Shown here: one piece after another, positions 22,496-34,821 of the stretch
Numbering within the stretch: the first letter of the stretch is position 1
Layout of the letters: every line of letters begins with the position of its first letter
Source: Eledone cirrhosa
Lineage: Eukaryota
Assembly: GCA_964016885.1 (NCBI GenBank)
Contig: OZ024742.1
Span: 253,828,001 to 253,892,000, forward strand
Reading direction: 5' to 3'
DNA: 64,000 bases
The notes under the pieces: generated by a model
Told to the model about the DNA's origin: nothing
Databases searched by the model: none
What the model saw: only the letters and a program-made list of their open reading frames with translations
Translations under genes and position numbers: made by a program

Positions 22496-23950
22496 AGCCC
22501 CACACTCATCGACATAACCTCCATCAAATCCTCCGCCTCCTTCATTGTGTTTGTCATCAGAACTATGTCATCAGCAAATTCAGCATCCAATATCTTTTTC
22601 GCCTTAACTCTCCTGCTCTGAACCGGTGTTACAGTAAAGCCAGAGACCTGGTGTTTCTCCAGTGCAAGGCGCATACAATAGTCCACTGCGATGATAAAAA
22701 GGTAGGGAGCCAATGTATTTCCCTGGAGCATTCCAGCCAGTATCTCAAAGAACTCTGTCATCTCGTCAGGTGTAATGACTTGGGCTTTGGTGTTGGTGTG
22801 GAGCAGTGATATCAGGTCCACTATCTTCTTTGGGATTCCATAAGCCTGTAAGATCTTCATCAGGCAGTGACGGTCCACAGAATCAAAGGCCTTCCTAAAG
22901 TCAATGAAAACCATGACTGCAGGAAGGCACTTTGCTCTAGCTCCCTCTAATATCCTCCTCAGCATGAGGATGTGACTGGTGGCTAATCTTCCCTCTCTGA
23001 AGCTGTTCTGGTTGTCCCTGAGCTTCTTCTCCATCTCGGGCTGGATCCTATTAAGAATCATCCTGTTGAGGGTCTTTGCCACAAGTGATGTCAGTGTGAT
23101 CCCTCTGTAGTTGTTGGTGTTAGAGAGATCTCCCTTCTTTGGCACTGGGACGATGTTACTGATCCTCCACTGATTCGGGGAAACTCCTTTCTCCAGTGCC
23201 TGGTTACAGAACCTCAGGATGATATCATCAAAATCACACCTCTTCATCACCTCTGATGTCACTCCATCTTCTCCATGAGCCTTGCCCTCCTTGATCTTCT
23301 TGGCTCTCTGAAGCTCCTCTCTGGTGTGGGGCTGAGAATGAATGAGATTAAGACGAAGTATCTGGTAGAGAATATTAAGCAGCCAGAGAAGATTACTAAT
23401 GTAGAGGAGAAGCCGCTAGAATTGGTTGATGACTTCCTGTATTTGGGAGCAAAGATTAGGAATACGGAAGATGATGTAGTCAAGAAGAAGAGCAAAATCT
23501 GGGCGGCATACCAGTTGAGATCGGTGTGGAAGTCGGACCTTCGTAAGGACCTGAATATCTGTCTCTTCATTGCTATAGTGGAGTCTGTGCTGCTGTACGG
23601 GTCTGAGACTTGGACACTGACCAAGAAACTCACTCAGATGGTGGATGGGTGCTACACGAGAATGCTGAGGCTGGCTCTGAACATTTATCAGTATACACTG
23701 AGGATGAAGAACGCAGAGCTGTAAGGGAGCCTCCCAAAAGTCAGCTCGAAAGTGACACAGAGGAGACTGAGGTTAGTTGGACATGCTCACCGACATCTAG
23801 AGTTGACACTGCACTCAGTGCTCCTGTGGGAGCCCCTGAATAGACACACTGGAAGAGGAAGACCGAGGTTAACATATGTTGATGCCCTAAGGACAGACAC
23901 CGGTCTCTTGGAGACGCAGGACATGGCAGCGATATTGAGGGACAGAAATC
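22496..23950. mobile_element. RTE-like LINE with inverted 5' half
   Basis: Minus ORF 22483-23262 is the RT up to FADD..SVGL. Plus ORFs 23275-23724 and 23752- continue VGLRMN..KTKY..FLYLG..LLYGSETWTL..RRLRLVGH..GRPRLTY. Confidence 0.9.
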
Positions 23951-24229
23951 AAAGGGTGGTTTTCCTGCTAGTATATATAATAAAAGTAATGAAGATCGCT
24001 GGTATTAAGTCAATGTTCTCCGGCCAACACCTAGTTCACTCAATGAATCTGCTGAATTACAGTAATGCAGCTGCAATCAGCTGTTCAGAGTGCACACTTT
24101 TAGTTAATAGCAGATACGATGGGTATGTTTTGGTACAGATACAAGTAAATATATACATATTGTTAAACCTCAGTTAGTTGTGATGATAAGTGCTCCAGCT
24201 GAAATAACCTGCCTGTGATTCCACTAACA

Positions 24230-24345
24230 CATGTATTCTTAACTCATTTTTGTTAGCTGAATGGAATGGAATGGAGAAATTTGAAATAAAGAGTCTTGAT
24301 GAAGGACACAACACATCGCTGGTAATTGAACTCACAACCTTATGA
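24230..24345 (-). mobile_element. SINE fragment
   Basis: GAAATAAAGAGTCTTGATGAAGGACACAACACATC..AATTGAACTCACAACCTT resembles 5826-5890. Confidence 0.55.
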
Positions 24346-24428
24346 TGATGAGTTATATATATCTTCCCATTAAATCAAGCTCTTACACACACTCACACAT
24401 GCACACACAGACACACACACATACACAC

Positions 24429-24459
<31 letters not shown>

Positions 24460-24461
24460 TA

Positions 24462-25390
24462 TACGATGCCTGCATACGAACAGCAATGCTGCATGGCAGT
24501 GAGACCTGGGAATTGTGTGCAGAGGATATACGCAGACTAGAGAGGAACGAAGCTTGCATGCTCCGCTGGATGTGCAATAGTAATATACGTGAACGGCAAA
24601 GCATAAACGAACTAAGGAAAAAATTAGAAATAAGAGGGATCAGATGTTGTTTACTCGAGAGAAGGCTACGTTGGTACGGTCACGTGATGCGCATGAAAGA
24701 CGACAGCTGTATAACAAAGTGCAGGGCAATAAAGATAGACGGTAGCCACGGAGTAGGCAGACCCAGAAAAACATGGGACGAGCTGATAAATTCCGACCTC
24801 ACACGCTTACACCTCTCCAAGACAATGTCACTGGACCGAGACCTTTGGCGGTACTCAGTAATAGAGAAGACCCGCCTTACCTAAATACAAAGTAAAAACC
24901 TACTACAGTCAGTAGGCATCTCTATCAAAATACACCCCCGTCCCACCACCTCCACCCCACCCACACCGCCCCTTTCAATGTAAAGTTATGTTGGTCCCAC
25001 AACATCCAGGCCGAAACAAATGAGATCGTGTAGGTGTCACGACAAAAAAACATACAGTCCACGCTGTAAATGTGGCCGTGTAGGCAACACGGTAAAAACC
25101 TCCCAGCCCCACACTGTAAATGTGGTTGGTGTTAGGAAGGGCATCCAGCTGTAGAAAACCTGCCAGACAGTCCACGCTGTAATGTGGCCGTGTAGGCAAC
25201 ACGGTAAAAACCTCCCAGCCCCACACTGTAAATGTGGTTGGTGTTAGGAAGGGCATCCAACTGTAGAAAACCCGCCAGACAGTCCTATGCGAGCAAGACA
25301 ACCACTCTTGCCTCAAGTGGGAAAACCCCCGTCCAAACCCATGCAAGCGTGGAACACGGACGCTAAACCTGATGATGATGATGATGATGA
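24462..25390 (+). mobile_element. 5'-truncated near-identical copy of the RTE LINE at 7780-10108
   Basis: Matches 9183-10108 almost base for base, including the 3' UTR duplication and (GAT)n tail; TA-flanked. Confidence 0.95.
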
Positions 25391-25398
25391 TATATATA

Positions 25399-25429
25399 TG
25401 TGGTTACCTCCGATTCAACCCGGAATAAC

Positions 25430-25431
<2 letters not shown>
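25399..25431 (+). mobile_element. 33-bp terminal fragment of the 5948 hammerhead element
   Basis: TGTGGTTACCTCCGATTCAACCCGGAATAACGT is the exact reverse complement of 5951-5983 and is embedded in (TA)n. Confidence 0.85.
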
Positions 25432-25516
<85 letters not shown>

Positions 25517-27536
25517 CACACATCTATAAACATATATGCATATCGTATGTATTATTATATATGTGTGTTCTCAAGTTTGCTATTTTTTATTTAGAGCAAC
25601 ATAATTACTTAATACACATTTCAACACCTTCACTGTCCCACCTACAATGGTGTATTAGTGTTGAGGCTGTAATGGTCAGTGGAAGATTGGGGAGGGTAGC
25701 AGGAGGTGACTGGCTGTAGCAAGAGAGCTCCATAATATTTAAAGAGCTGTGAATAAAATATTTTGACATCATATATTATACATTATAGTAAGAAGAATTT
25801 CATGACAAGGAAGGAAAGAGGAGCAAATATGTCCAAATATTTGGTTTACAAGTGTTAATTATTAATGACTGACATCAAAACCCCAATGAAAGTGTTCAGC
25901 CAGGATCTCCAGGCTAGTTTAATCTGCATCTCGTGAAGGCTTCAAAATATTAATAGATTTATGAATTTAAAAACATTGTTGTTTTAAACCAATCATAAAG
26001 AATTGATACAGAAATATAAAAATATTAAAAAAAAAAAAAAATTAATTGTTACTAAATCTCTCCAAATTTTCTATTTTCAAAAATATTTGAAAATTATAGG
26101 TAGCATCTTCCATGAAAAATATAGTAATGAAAGGTGATAATATATTTGATGGAAATAATTTTCAATTCCACTGGATCCATTCAGAAATATTTTTATCTAA
26201 GAACAGAATGGTAAAATAAGCACGTAACATAATGGTCATCAAAGCTAAATCTATCAAATTCTGAGAGAAGCTAATGAGAAAAGACACTGTCTATTTTAAC
26301 TTGTTATTCATCAGTTAAAATAATTTTTATGGAAATTTGCTAAAAAAGCAAAACAAAACATAGAGGGAAGTCTTATACTGTAATTGCTTTCTTTACAAAG
26401 CAGGACAAAACTGGCTCTGGTTGTATGCAAGAAGACCCCCTATTTTAAAGAGTTCCTAAATTTAAACCTTCCAACATAATTTTCCATAAAAACCTTTTGT
26501 TAAATTAAGTTGCGAATACTATCAATAGTCAAATTATTAATAATTTTAGTAAACCACCTCAAAAAGTTCTTCATTGATTAATTGAAAACAGTATCTGTCA
26601 ACAAAATGGTTAACATCTGCTTAATATTAACCCTTGTGAGACAATGATGGAAATAAATGTTTTCAAAACATAACATAGTCAAGGATATACTTTTTTATAC
26701 TTGACATGTCTGTAGTAAAAATCAGAGACTATGGAAGAAAGATTAGTGACCATGGCCTTCACAGGCCTTCCAAGACTGCATCTACTAGACATGACAGTAC
26801 CTATGGGTTTCACAAGTCCTCCGAGATGGTTGAGTTTGATGCAGTTGGTATTGTTTAAATAAATGTAAGAAGGATGTGAGTGGGAACATACTTTCAGAGG
26901 GCCAATATTCTGGGCAAATAGAACTGGATTTAGTAGTCAGTGTGGGACCTTATTCTGGACAAGAAGGACTGGACACAGTAGTTAGTATGGAGACTTATTC
27001 TTGAGTAGGCTATTATTTAAATCCTTGTTTCTGCTTACAGGAGAGTATGAATTGTCATGAACATATTTCTTCTATTTATTCCTCTTCATTTTCATTGCGT
27101 TGAGTTCAGTCCATGATTGAGATCATTTAAAGATCTGGTCTCTTCATCTAGTATTAGGTCTTCCTTAGTCTTTCCAGGCATCTTGCCATATAGATTTTAT
27201 AGAGGTTATGTATGTCTATTGTCATATAAATGTCTGAGGTTTTGAAAGCACCCATTAGAAGATAATAAAAAATACTGCACTCAGCAAATGAATTTAAAAC
27301 AATATAAATGATCTATTATTTTTTTACCAATTCAGACAGCTTAAACCTTCTTGTGTACATATAAATTAATTTGTAACCCAAAATCATAATTTCAAAACTT
27401 GATTGAATTGACTTCAAATATTTTTTCTTACTAGTATGTGTGGTTTATTGTCAAACATTTCTCATTTTAGATATTTAAAAAGACAATCTATTTGTATATG
27501 GTTAAATACATTCCTCTTGGATTATTAAATACTGAA

Positions 27537-27630
27537 GTGGAGAGATGCTGTGCTGAATAGGACCCATCCCACCCTTGCAAGCAGGGAAAAGCGGATGTAA
27601 TATGATGATGGTGACCATGATCATGATGAC
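27537..27630 (+). mobile_element. Extreme 3' fragment of RTE LINE (32310 family)
   Basis: GTGGAGAGATGCTGTGCTGAATAGGACCC..CCCTTGCAAGCAGGGAAAAGCGGATGTAA-(GAT)-like tail. Confidence 0.75.
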
Positions 27631-27704
27631 ATTAGAAAATTGAAATGAAATTTACAGCTCACACTTTTGCAGGTTTAGGTGGCTTCTGACAATGTTGCAT
27701 CTTA

Positions 27705-30215
27705 AAATAGTAATAATGAAATTATTGTGTAAAGTGCTCAGGTGCACTACAACTCGTCAAAGGTGCATGTATAGTACATAGAATAATATACAAATGTCAG
27801 GGAGTGAAATAGTGTATGAGTCATGATATACATGTGTGTATGTGTATGGAGGGGGAATATTAGGTGTAGTGTTGGCGAATCTCAGGAAGCATGGAGGTTT
27901 TAAAGGATGCAGTGTCTCAACAGCTAACGACTGATGCAAGTAGTTTGTTCCATGCTTCAGCAACTCTGAGCGTGAAAAAATGTTTCCGAAAGTCATGGGA
28001 GCTGTGCTGTTTTCTGACTTTGTGGGCATGCCCACATGTGTTAGACACATGAAAATCAAAAGGGTACTCAGGGTTGTTGTTGGCAAGATGCTTAATAATT
28101 TTGTGGGTGTTTACCAAGTCAGTTGCCAGACATCAGAGTTTCAATGCATCCATGCCCAGGGAAGCAAGGCGTTCAGAGTATGGTAGATGCCTGATGGAGG
28201 GTATTCGCTTGGTTGCATGTCTCTGAACAGTTTCCAGGTGGTCAATGTTCTGAGCACGATAGGGGTTCCAGATTGCTGATGCAAATTCTAAGTGTGGCTG
28301 CACCATAGCTATGTACAGCTTTAAATAGATAGCTGGAGAGTGGCTGACAAAGGTCTTGCTGAGTGATGCTAAGACACCCTCGGCCTTCTTGACAATTTTA
28401 GAGATGAGCTTCGTCCAACGCAAATCGCTGCTGACCGTAATGCCCAGGTCACGTTCACAAGAAGACTTCTTGATATTAGTGTTGTGGAGGGAGTATGTGG
28501 ACGCTGGGTTTTTACTCCCAAAATGCATTGTGGGGCACTTGTCCACAGCTAGCTTGAGTTGCAAGTCTGTGATTCATTGTTGCATTGTTTCCATGTCAGA
28601 TTGCAGGCAAGATCTATAGTGTTCAGGATCTGTCCTTTTTATCTCAAGGTACAGCTTGATGTCATCTGCATATTTCAGTATTGTGGCATTCTTTAAGTTG
28701 GTATCTATGTCATTAATATATGCCACAAACAAAAGGGGGCCAACAACAGATCCTTGTGGTACACTAGATGACATCTCATATGGTGAGGAATGCTGTCCCA
28801 GAACTTCGACTGAGAATGAAGGACTTCAACCAGTTAAAAAGATCATCCTTCACACCATTGCAGAGAGTTTTGCCATAAGCCTTTTGTGTGGCACAGAATT
28901 GAAAGCTTTAGCAAAATCAAGGTAAGCAGCATCCACCCATGAGCCACCATCAGTGATCCGGGTGGTGTCTTCAAGAAACTCGATAAGTTGATCACGGCAG
29001 CTGGAGTTAGGGATAAATCCAAATTGCGAAGGCCGGATAAGACTGTGAAAGTTCCAGAAGTTCCAAAGTGTTTCTCTGACACAGGATTCCATCAGTTTGG
29101 CAATACAGCTAGTAAGACTGACTGGACGATAGTTCACAGGTGATGTGTGGTCACCCTTTTTGAACAGAGAAATGACACAGTCAGTTTTCCACTGTTCTGG
29201 AGTAACACCGTTGTTCAGACAGAATTGGAAGAAGCGTGACAGCTGGTGCAGAAGGAAGTACCCACCATGTTTGAGAAGTAGGTACGTAACACCATCAAGA
29301 CCAGGAGAGGCATGGTTGCGTTTATTTTTAAGGTGACGTCGCAGCATTGCAGCTGTAAATTCCATAATTGTAATAGAATCCAGTGTTATAGGTGGTGGAG
29401 ACGGTACACTCTGGTCTTCAATAGTGAAAATGCCTGCATAGCATTCAGCAATGTGTTCTGCGCTTTCCTTGGGGTCGTCAGTAATCTGGCTTGTGTGAGG
29501 ATTGTGAAGAGGACCAACTGAAAAGTGAGGCCTCTACTTTGAGTGAACATAGTTCCAGAACACCTTACTGTCAGGGCTGGTTGCTATACACTGCTCAAAT
29601 TGAAGCACTGCCTTTTTTGTCACCAGTTTGAGATGGTTAGATGATTTCTTTAGCCTTTTCTCATTGATATCTGATTTATGCAGTTTGTACTCGCGTTCAG
29701 CATTACAACATTCTTTTCTGGCAAGATGGACTGCTGCAGTCTCCCAAATTGCACTTTTGGGATGTTTTTTTCTGCTTACGTGGCACCGATGCTGCACATG
29801 CTGTCCATATTGAGCTCAGGATGTTCTGGAGTACAGTGTTGACATCTCCAGAGTCATAGAACTCAAGCCAGTTTGGACGTTGCAACTCGGTGCAGTAACA
29901 GTTCCAGTCTGCTTTATTCCAGTCAAGGTGAGCTGTTTGGAGATGGTTGTGGTTTTTGTTACTGCCCATGAGGGATAGATTGCAATGATCATAGCATGAT
30001 CAGAGTCACCTAAAGGTTCCTCAGCAGTAACACTAATAACCGTTTCAGGAGTAGTGGTGAAGAGTAGGTCCAAAGTGTTGTCACCTCTTGTTGGGGAGGT
30101 GACTACTTGGGACCAATTCGAGTCCAGCACTAGCTCAAGGAAGTCATTTGCACTTGGCGGCCAACAAAAGGTTTCCCAGTCAATCTCAACGCGATTGAAG
30201 TCACCTGCAATAAAA
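27705..30215 (-). mobile_element. CR1/L2-group LINE (endonuclease C-terminus plus RT), decayed
   Basis: PTRGDNTLDLLF, PLGDSDHAMI, NYRPVSLTS, YLDFAKAFNSVPH, VPQGSVVGPLLF, YADDIKLY, ERDLGITVSSDL, PHLEFASAIWNP, RKHFFTLRVAEAWNKL; multiple stops and frameshifts. Confidence 0.9.
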
Positions 30216-30804
30216 ACATAAGTGGCTTTTTTCCAGGCAGCAACTCTGAGGATATCACAAAGTGACAGTTTCTTGAATGTTTTAACAAAAGAGCCCCCAG
30301 TCCTACCATGATGTTATTACAGCTCATACCTAAATAGGTTTCCTACAAAATTGTGTCCCAAAGGAGATTTTTGGCGTATTTTAACCATTTTGATGACAAA
30401 TCACTTAAAATTTCACATGTTTGTATAATTTAAGATGTTTATCTATATCTAAAATCCTTCTATCATGATTTTATGCAAGAAACTTTATTGAATTATATTC
30501 TCAACCAATTTAATGATGAGAAAGAAAGTAATATTAATAAATCTTTCCAAATTCTTGATTATTTTCAAAATTATTTGTCAAAATTATTAATGTCTTTAAT
30601 TAGAAATATGGTTTAAAAAAGCTCCACTATAGGGACCTCAGTCTTAGCATGAATAAAAGCCACATGAATTGAAGTCTCTTGCTCAACATTTTAACTAAAC
30701 AGTCTAACTACTAGAGTAGGTGCTTTGAGCATTGGTAAATACTGGAGTATCTTTCAATACAAAGTATCAAATGAAATAATTGAAGTTAAAGTAACTATAA
30801 AGAA

Positions 30805-31170
30805 AATGGTAGTTTATTGGTTAGGGTGTTTGGCTCACAATTATGAAGTCATAGGTTCAATTTTTGACAGTGCATTGTGTCCTTGGAATAAGACACTTTA
30901 TTTCCCTTTGGTGGTGAGTTGTACCTGTGATTCAAAGGATCAACTTTGTCCCACATTGTGTGATGCCAAATCTCCCTGAGAATCACATTAGGAATACATG
31001 TGTCTCTAGAATGCTCAATCACTTTCAAATTAATTTCACAAGCATGCCTATCTGTTATTCAAACAACTGGAATACTTACTCATTACCAAAACCAAAGGAG
31101 GTTCAACACACATATATTTGTAGAATGCTCTGCCACTTTGCACATTATATACACAAGCAGGCTATTCTAT
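30805..31170 (+). mobile_element. Degenerate tRNA-derived SINE
   Basis: GGTTAGGGTGTTTGGCTCACAATTATGAAGTCATAGGTTCAA..GTGTCCTTGGAATAAGACACTTTATTT head and core. Confidence 0.5.
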
Positions 31171-32308
31171 TAAATGCACACATAAAGAAAATGAGAAAAA
31201 GCAGCAAAGATATATAAATTCATGTATTTGAAAATATCTTTAAGTAATGCTTTTATAATATTTTCAGAAAGTTTATTTAGTATTCGTGTATTAATAGAGA
31301 CATATCTTATTGATCTGGCTTTCTTCTGGCTTTTCTTTCATAGAATAAATCAATATTTAAGACTAAAATATTAAGTTAATATCAGTTACTGAAGAAAATA
31401 CTATAGAAATATCAATGATTCTTTTTTTTCTTTCTCAAATACATTGTTATTCCTAGAAATACCAGTACATAAATTTACTATAATGACAGTGTATATATAA
31501 ATAGATGGACCCATCCACCCATCAACCAAACCATACATCCATCCATCCTTGCATACACCCATTCATCCATACATACACCCATCCATCTATATATATACAC
31601 ATTCACAGACACTCATGTATAATGTATACATATGTGTTTGTGTGTGTGTGTAATCATCATGATGCTTTTCATGCTTTCTATGTTGGTTTGGGTTGGATGA
31701 GTAGATGGGTTGTCACATTTTGTGACTAGACCAGTCAGATGTCAATCTCTTGCTCATACATTCCAGTTTGGTATGGTTTCTATGGCTGGATACCTGTCCT
31801 AATGCCACCACTTTAGTTATTAGTATGGCACTGTAAGACCAACACATCTCATATAAATGTTCCACTCCTAAATTTATGTAGTTTTATACATGTTTATATT
31901 TCCAATGATCCAAAATGTATTGATGTTTAAGATATGTAGGGATATTTTCACTTTTTACCTTTGCTTTCGTGCTTATGGAATGTTGTTTGTATATGGATTT
32001 AATTTTCATATACTCATATCTTACTAAATTAATAAATCCTTTTTTTTTAATCATCCCAATCTATGGTTATTTGCTACATTTGATGAAATATATGTGAAAT
32101 AAATAAAATGTTATAATTCTCCCTAAATGCTTTATTGCATTAATATTTATTATTCATGCTCTGTGGTTTTACATTTGTACAATTTTTGGATTATTTTTTT
32201 TACTTCACGGAACACACCGCTGATGAAAATTTCTTTATATTTGCAGATTATACAAATGCATGTAGCTTTAGAGCTTCTTGATAAATCTCAACTTATTAAA
32301 CTTCACAT

Positions 32309-34100
32309 ATCATCATCATCATCATCCTCATTTTACGTCCACTTTTCCCTGCTTGCAAGGGTTGAACGGGTCCTATTCAGCACAGCATCTCTCCACTTGT
32401 CACAGTCCTTCGTCATCTCCTCGGTGAGTTTCAGCGATCTGAGGTCTGCACTCACCACCTCTGCCCATGTTTTTCATGGTCTACCTCTACTGCGTCTTCC
32501 TTCTACTGGGATTTCTTGGCACTTCTTTACCCAGCGGTCATCCTCCATGCACATCACATGTCCATACCATCTCAGTCTTCTCTCCTGCACACCACAACTT
32601 ATCCCTCTTATACCCAGTTTCTTTCTCAACTCGTCTATGCTTGGTCGTTCATGCACATTGACATTGTACATCCAATGGAGCATGCTTGCTTCATTTCTCT
32701 CCAGCCGTCGCATATCCTCAGCAGTTGCTGCTCATGTCTCACTACCATGCAGCATCGCGCATTTCACACAGGCATCATATAACCGTCCTTTCGTATGCAG
32801 GGAGAAACCCTTCTTTGTCAACAGAGTAAACAGTTCCCTAAACTTCTTCCAACCCGTCCTTATTCTAGATAATATGGCCTTGGAACACCCCCCTCCCAAG
32901 CTAATCTGATCACCTAGGTACCGGAAGCTATCAACCACTTCTATAGAACCCACCTGCAATGGAAAAATGTGTCTATCACTGCAATTACTACTGCCAACTT
33001 TCCCTGAACATCTACTGCATATGTAGTTTTCCTTACCTGTTATTTTGCCTGCTATCCACTACATCTCTTGTGTACCCAAGATCTGCATTGCGTACATTTT
33101 ATGGAATTTATGCCAGTTCCTTTCCTACATATTGAACATGGACATTTCTCTGATGGAATCAGAGTATTGTCCTCTCTTCTACTTATCAACACTTTTGTTT
33201 TAGCTATGTTCACTCTCAGTCCTCTTGATTCCAACTGCTGTTTCCATAGCTAGAATTTATTCTCTAGCTGATTCTGCTATAAGAACCAGATCATCAGCAT
33301 AGAGAAGTTGCCATGGACATCCAGTCTTAAACTCCTCTGTTATGGCTTGGAGGACTATAATGAACAGGAGCGGGCTGAGGACCGAACTCTGATGTACACC
33401 TACTTGTATCTGGAATTCCTCACTAAACTCCATTCCTATTCTCACTTTACTGACAGCACCCCTGTACATAGCTTGAACTTTCCTCACAAGCCATTCCTCT
33501 ACACCTAGTTTCCTTAGGGACTGCCAGATGACAGATCAGGGTACCCTATCAAAGGCTTTCTCTAGATCAACAAAAACTAAGTATAGTGGCTTATTCTTCT
33601 CTAAGAACCTCTCTTGTAGTTGCCTCACTAAGAAGAGAGCATCTGTTGTACTTTTCCGAGGCACAAAACCAAACTGCATCTCATCTAATTTGATCCTTTC
33701 TCTAATCAGTTGTGCTAATATTCTCTCTGCTACTTTCATAACCAGATCCATCAGCTTTATGCCCCTATAATTGCTGCTCTCCAGAGCATCCCCTTTACCT
33801 TTGTAGCAATTTATGAGAATACTGCTGCACCAGTCTTTGGGATTGAGACCACCATATATAGCTTGATTGATGATGCGTGCAACCAGTTTAGTGCCTACTT
33901 CTCCTGATGCCTTCAGCATCTCAGCAACTATCCCCAACGGTCCAGCAGCCTTACCATTCTTCATTTCCTTAATTGCCTCTTGTACCCTATATTCGTCAAT
34001 CTCAATAACTGGTCCCTCTGTTGGGTCTACTGGGGTAATTTATCTCTCTCCCATTCGTTCTCCACATTCATCGGTCTCTCATAATGACATTTCCAGGCCT
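32309..34100 (-). mobile_element. 5'-truncated RTE-clade LINE
   Basis: MKNGKAAGP, NYRGIKLMD, FVDLEKAFDRVP, LLYADD, CPCSICRKG..WVHKRCSG, FRYLG, HGSET, RRLRWYGHV; (ATC)n tail at 32309. Confidence 0.95.
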
Positions 34101-34275
34101 CCTTTTTTTGATCATTCGTGATATATATATATATATATATGTAGAGGTTATATTTAATTTGTTGGGATACAACAAGCTAAAATATTTTTATAACTGATAT
34201 AAAGCACTCAACAAATTATTGGAGTAAATATACAATATATTAACAAATGGAAACTATATTTATAAAACCATATTT

Positions 34276-34339
34276 ATTTCATTATACATATTTCAAGGGC
34301 CACCAAGGTAGATTATGGTGCGCTTTCATCAGATAAAAT
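34276..34339 (-). ncRNA. Hammerhead ribozyme motif (left arm, intact core)
   Basis: Minus strand ATTTTAT-CTGATGA-AAGCGCACCA..TGGTGGCCCTT-GAAA-TATGTA-TA-ATGAAAT, with AATAAA overlapping the end. Confidence 0.8.
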
Positions 34340-34487
34340 ATAATACAGATTAGTTTTATAAATAAATATTGACATACCCTGAAAAAATGCAACCTTACCG
34401 GTTGGAGCTTCCTGGAAAACTCCAACCGGTAAGGTTGCATTTTTTCAAGGTATGTCAATATTTATTTATAAAACTAATCTGTATTAT

Positions 34488-34551
34488 ATTTTATTTGATG
34501 AAAGTGCACCATAATCTACCTTGGTGGCCCTTGAAATATGTATAATGAAAT
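34488..34551 (+). ncRNA. Hammerhead ribozyme motif (right arm, TTGATGA variant)
   Basis: Mirror of 34276-34339 with C>T at the first core position. Confidence 0.65.
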
Positions 34552-34821
34552 AAATATGGTTTTATAAATATAGTTTCCATTTGTTAATATATTGTATATA
34601 TATATAAATATATATACATATACCGTGTAGGTAACTCAGTGAATTACTGATGGTGGTTCCAAAACAAGCCCTCTATGCACAGGCAGAGTGTTGTATGCCC
34701 TTAAGATTTAAAATGTTAAGTTAATATTAGTTTCTGAAGAAAATACTATAGAAATATCAATGATTCTTTTTTATTTTCTCAAAGACATTGTTATTCCTAG
34801 AAATATTATTTGTATGCTCTT

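Larger units (their letters stand above)
34141..34599. mobile_element. TA-flanked fold-back element with a hammerhead in each arm
   Basis: Near-perfect palindrome 34228-34599 centred at about 34413; the left arm extends uniquely to 34141; (TA)n on both sides. Confidence 0.85.
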
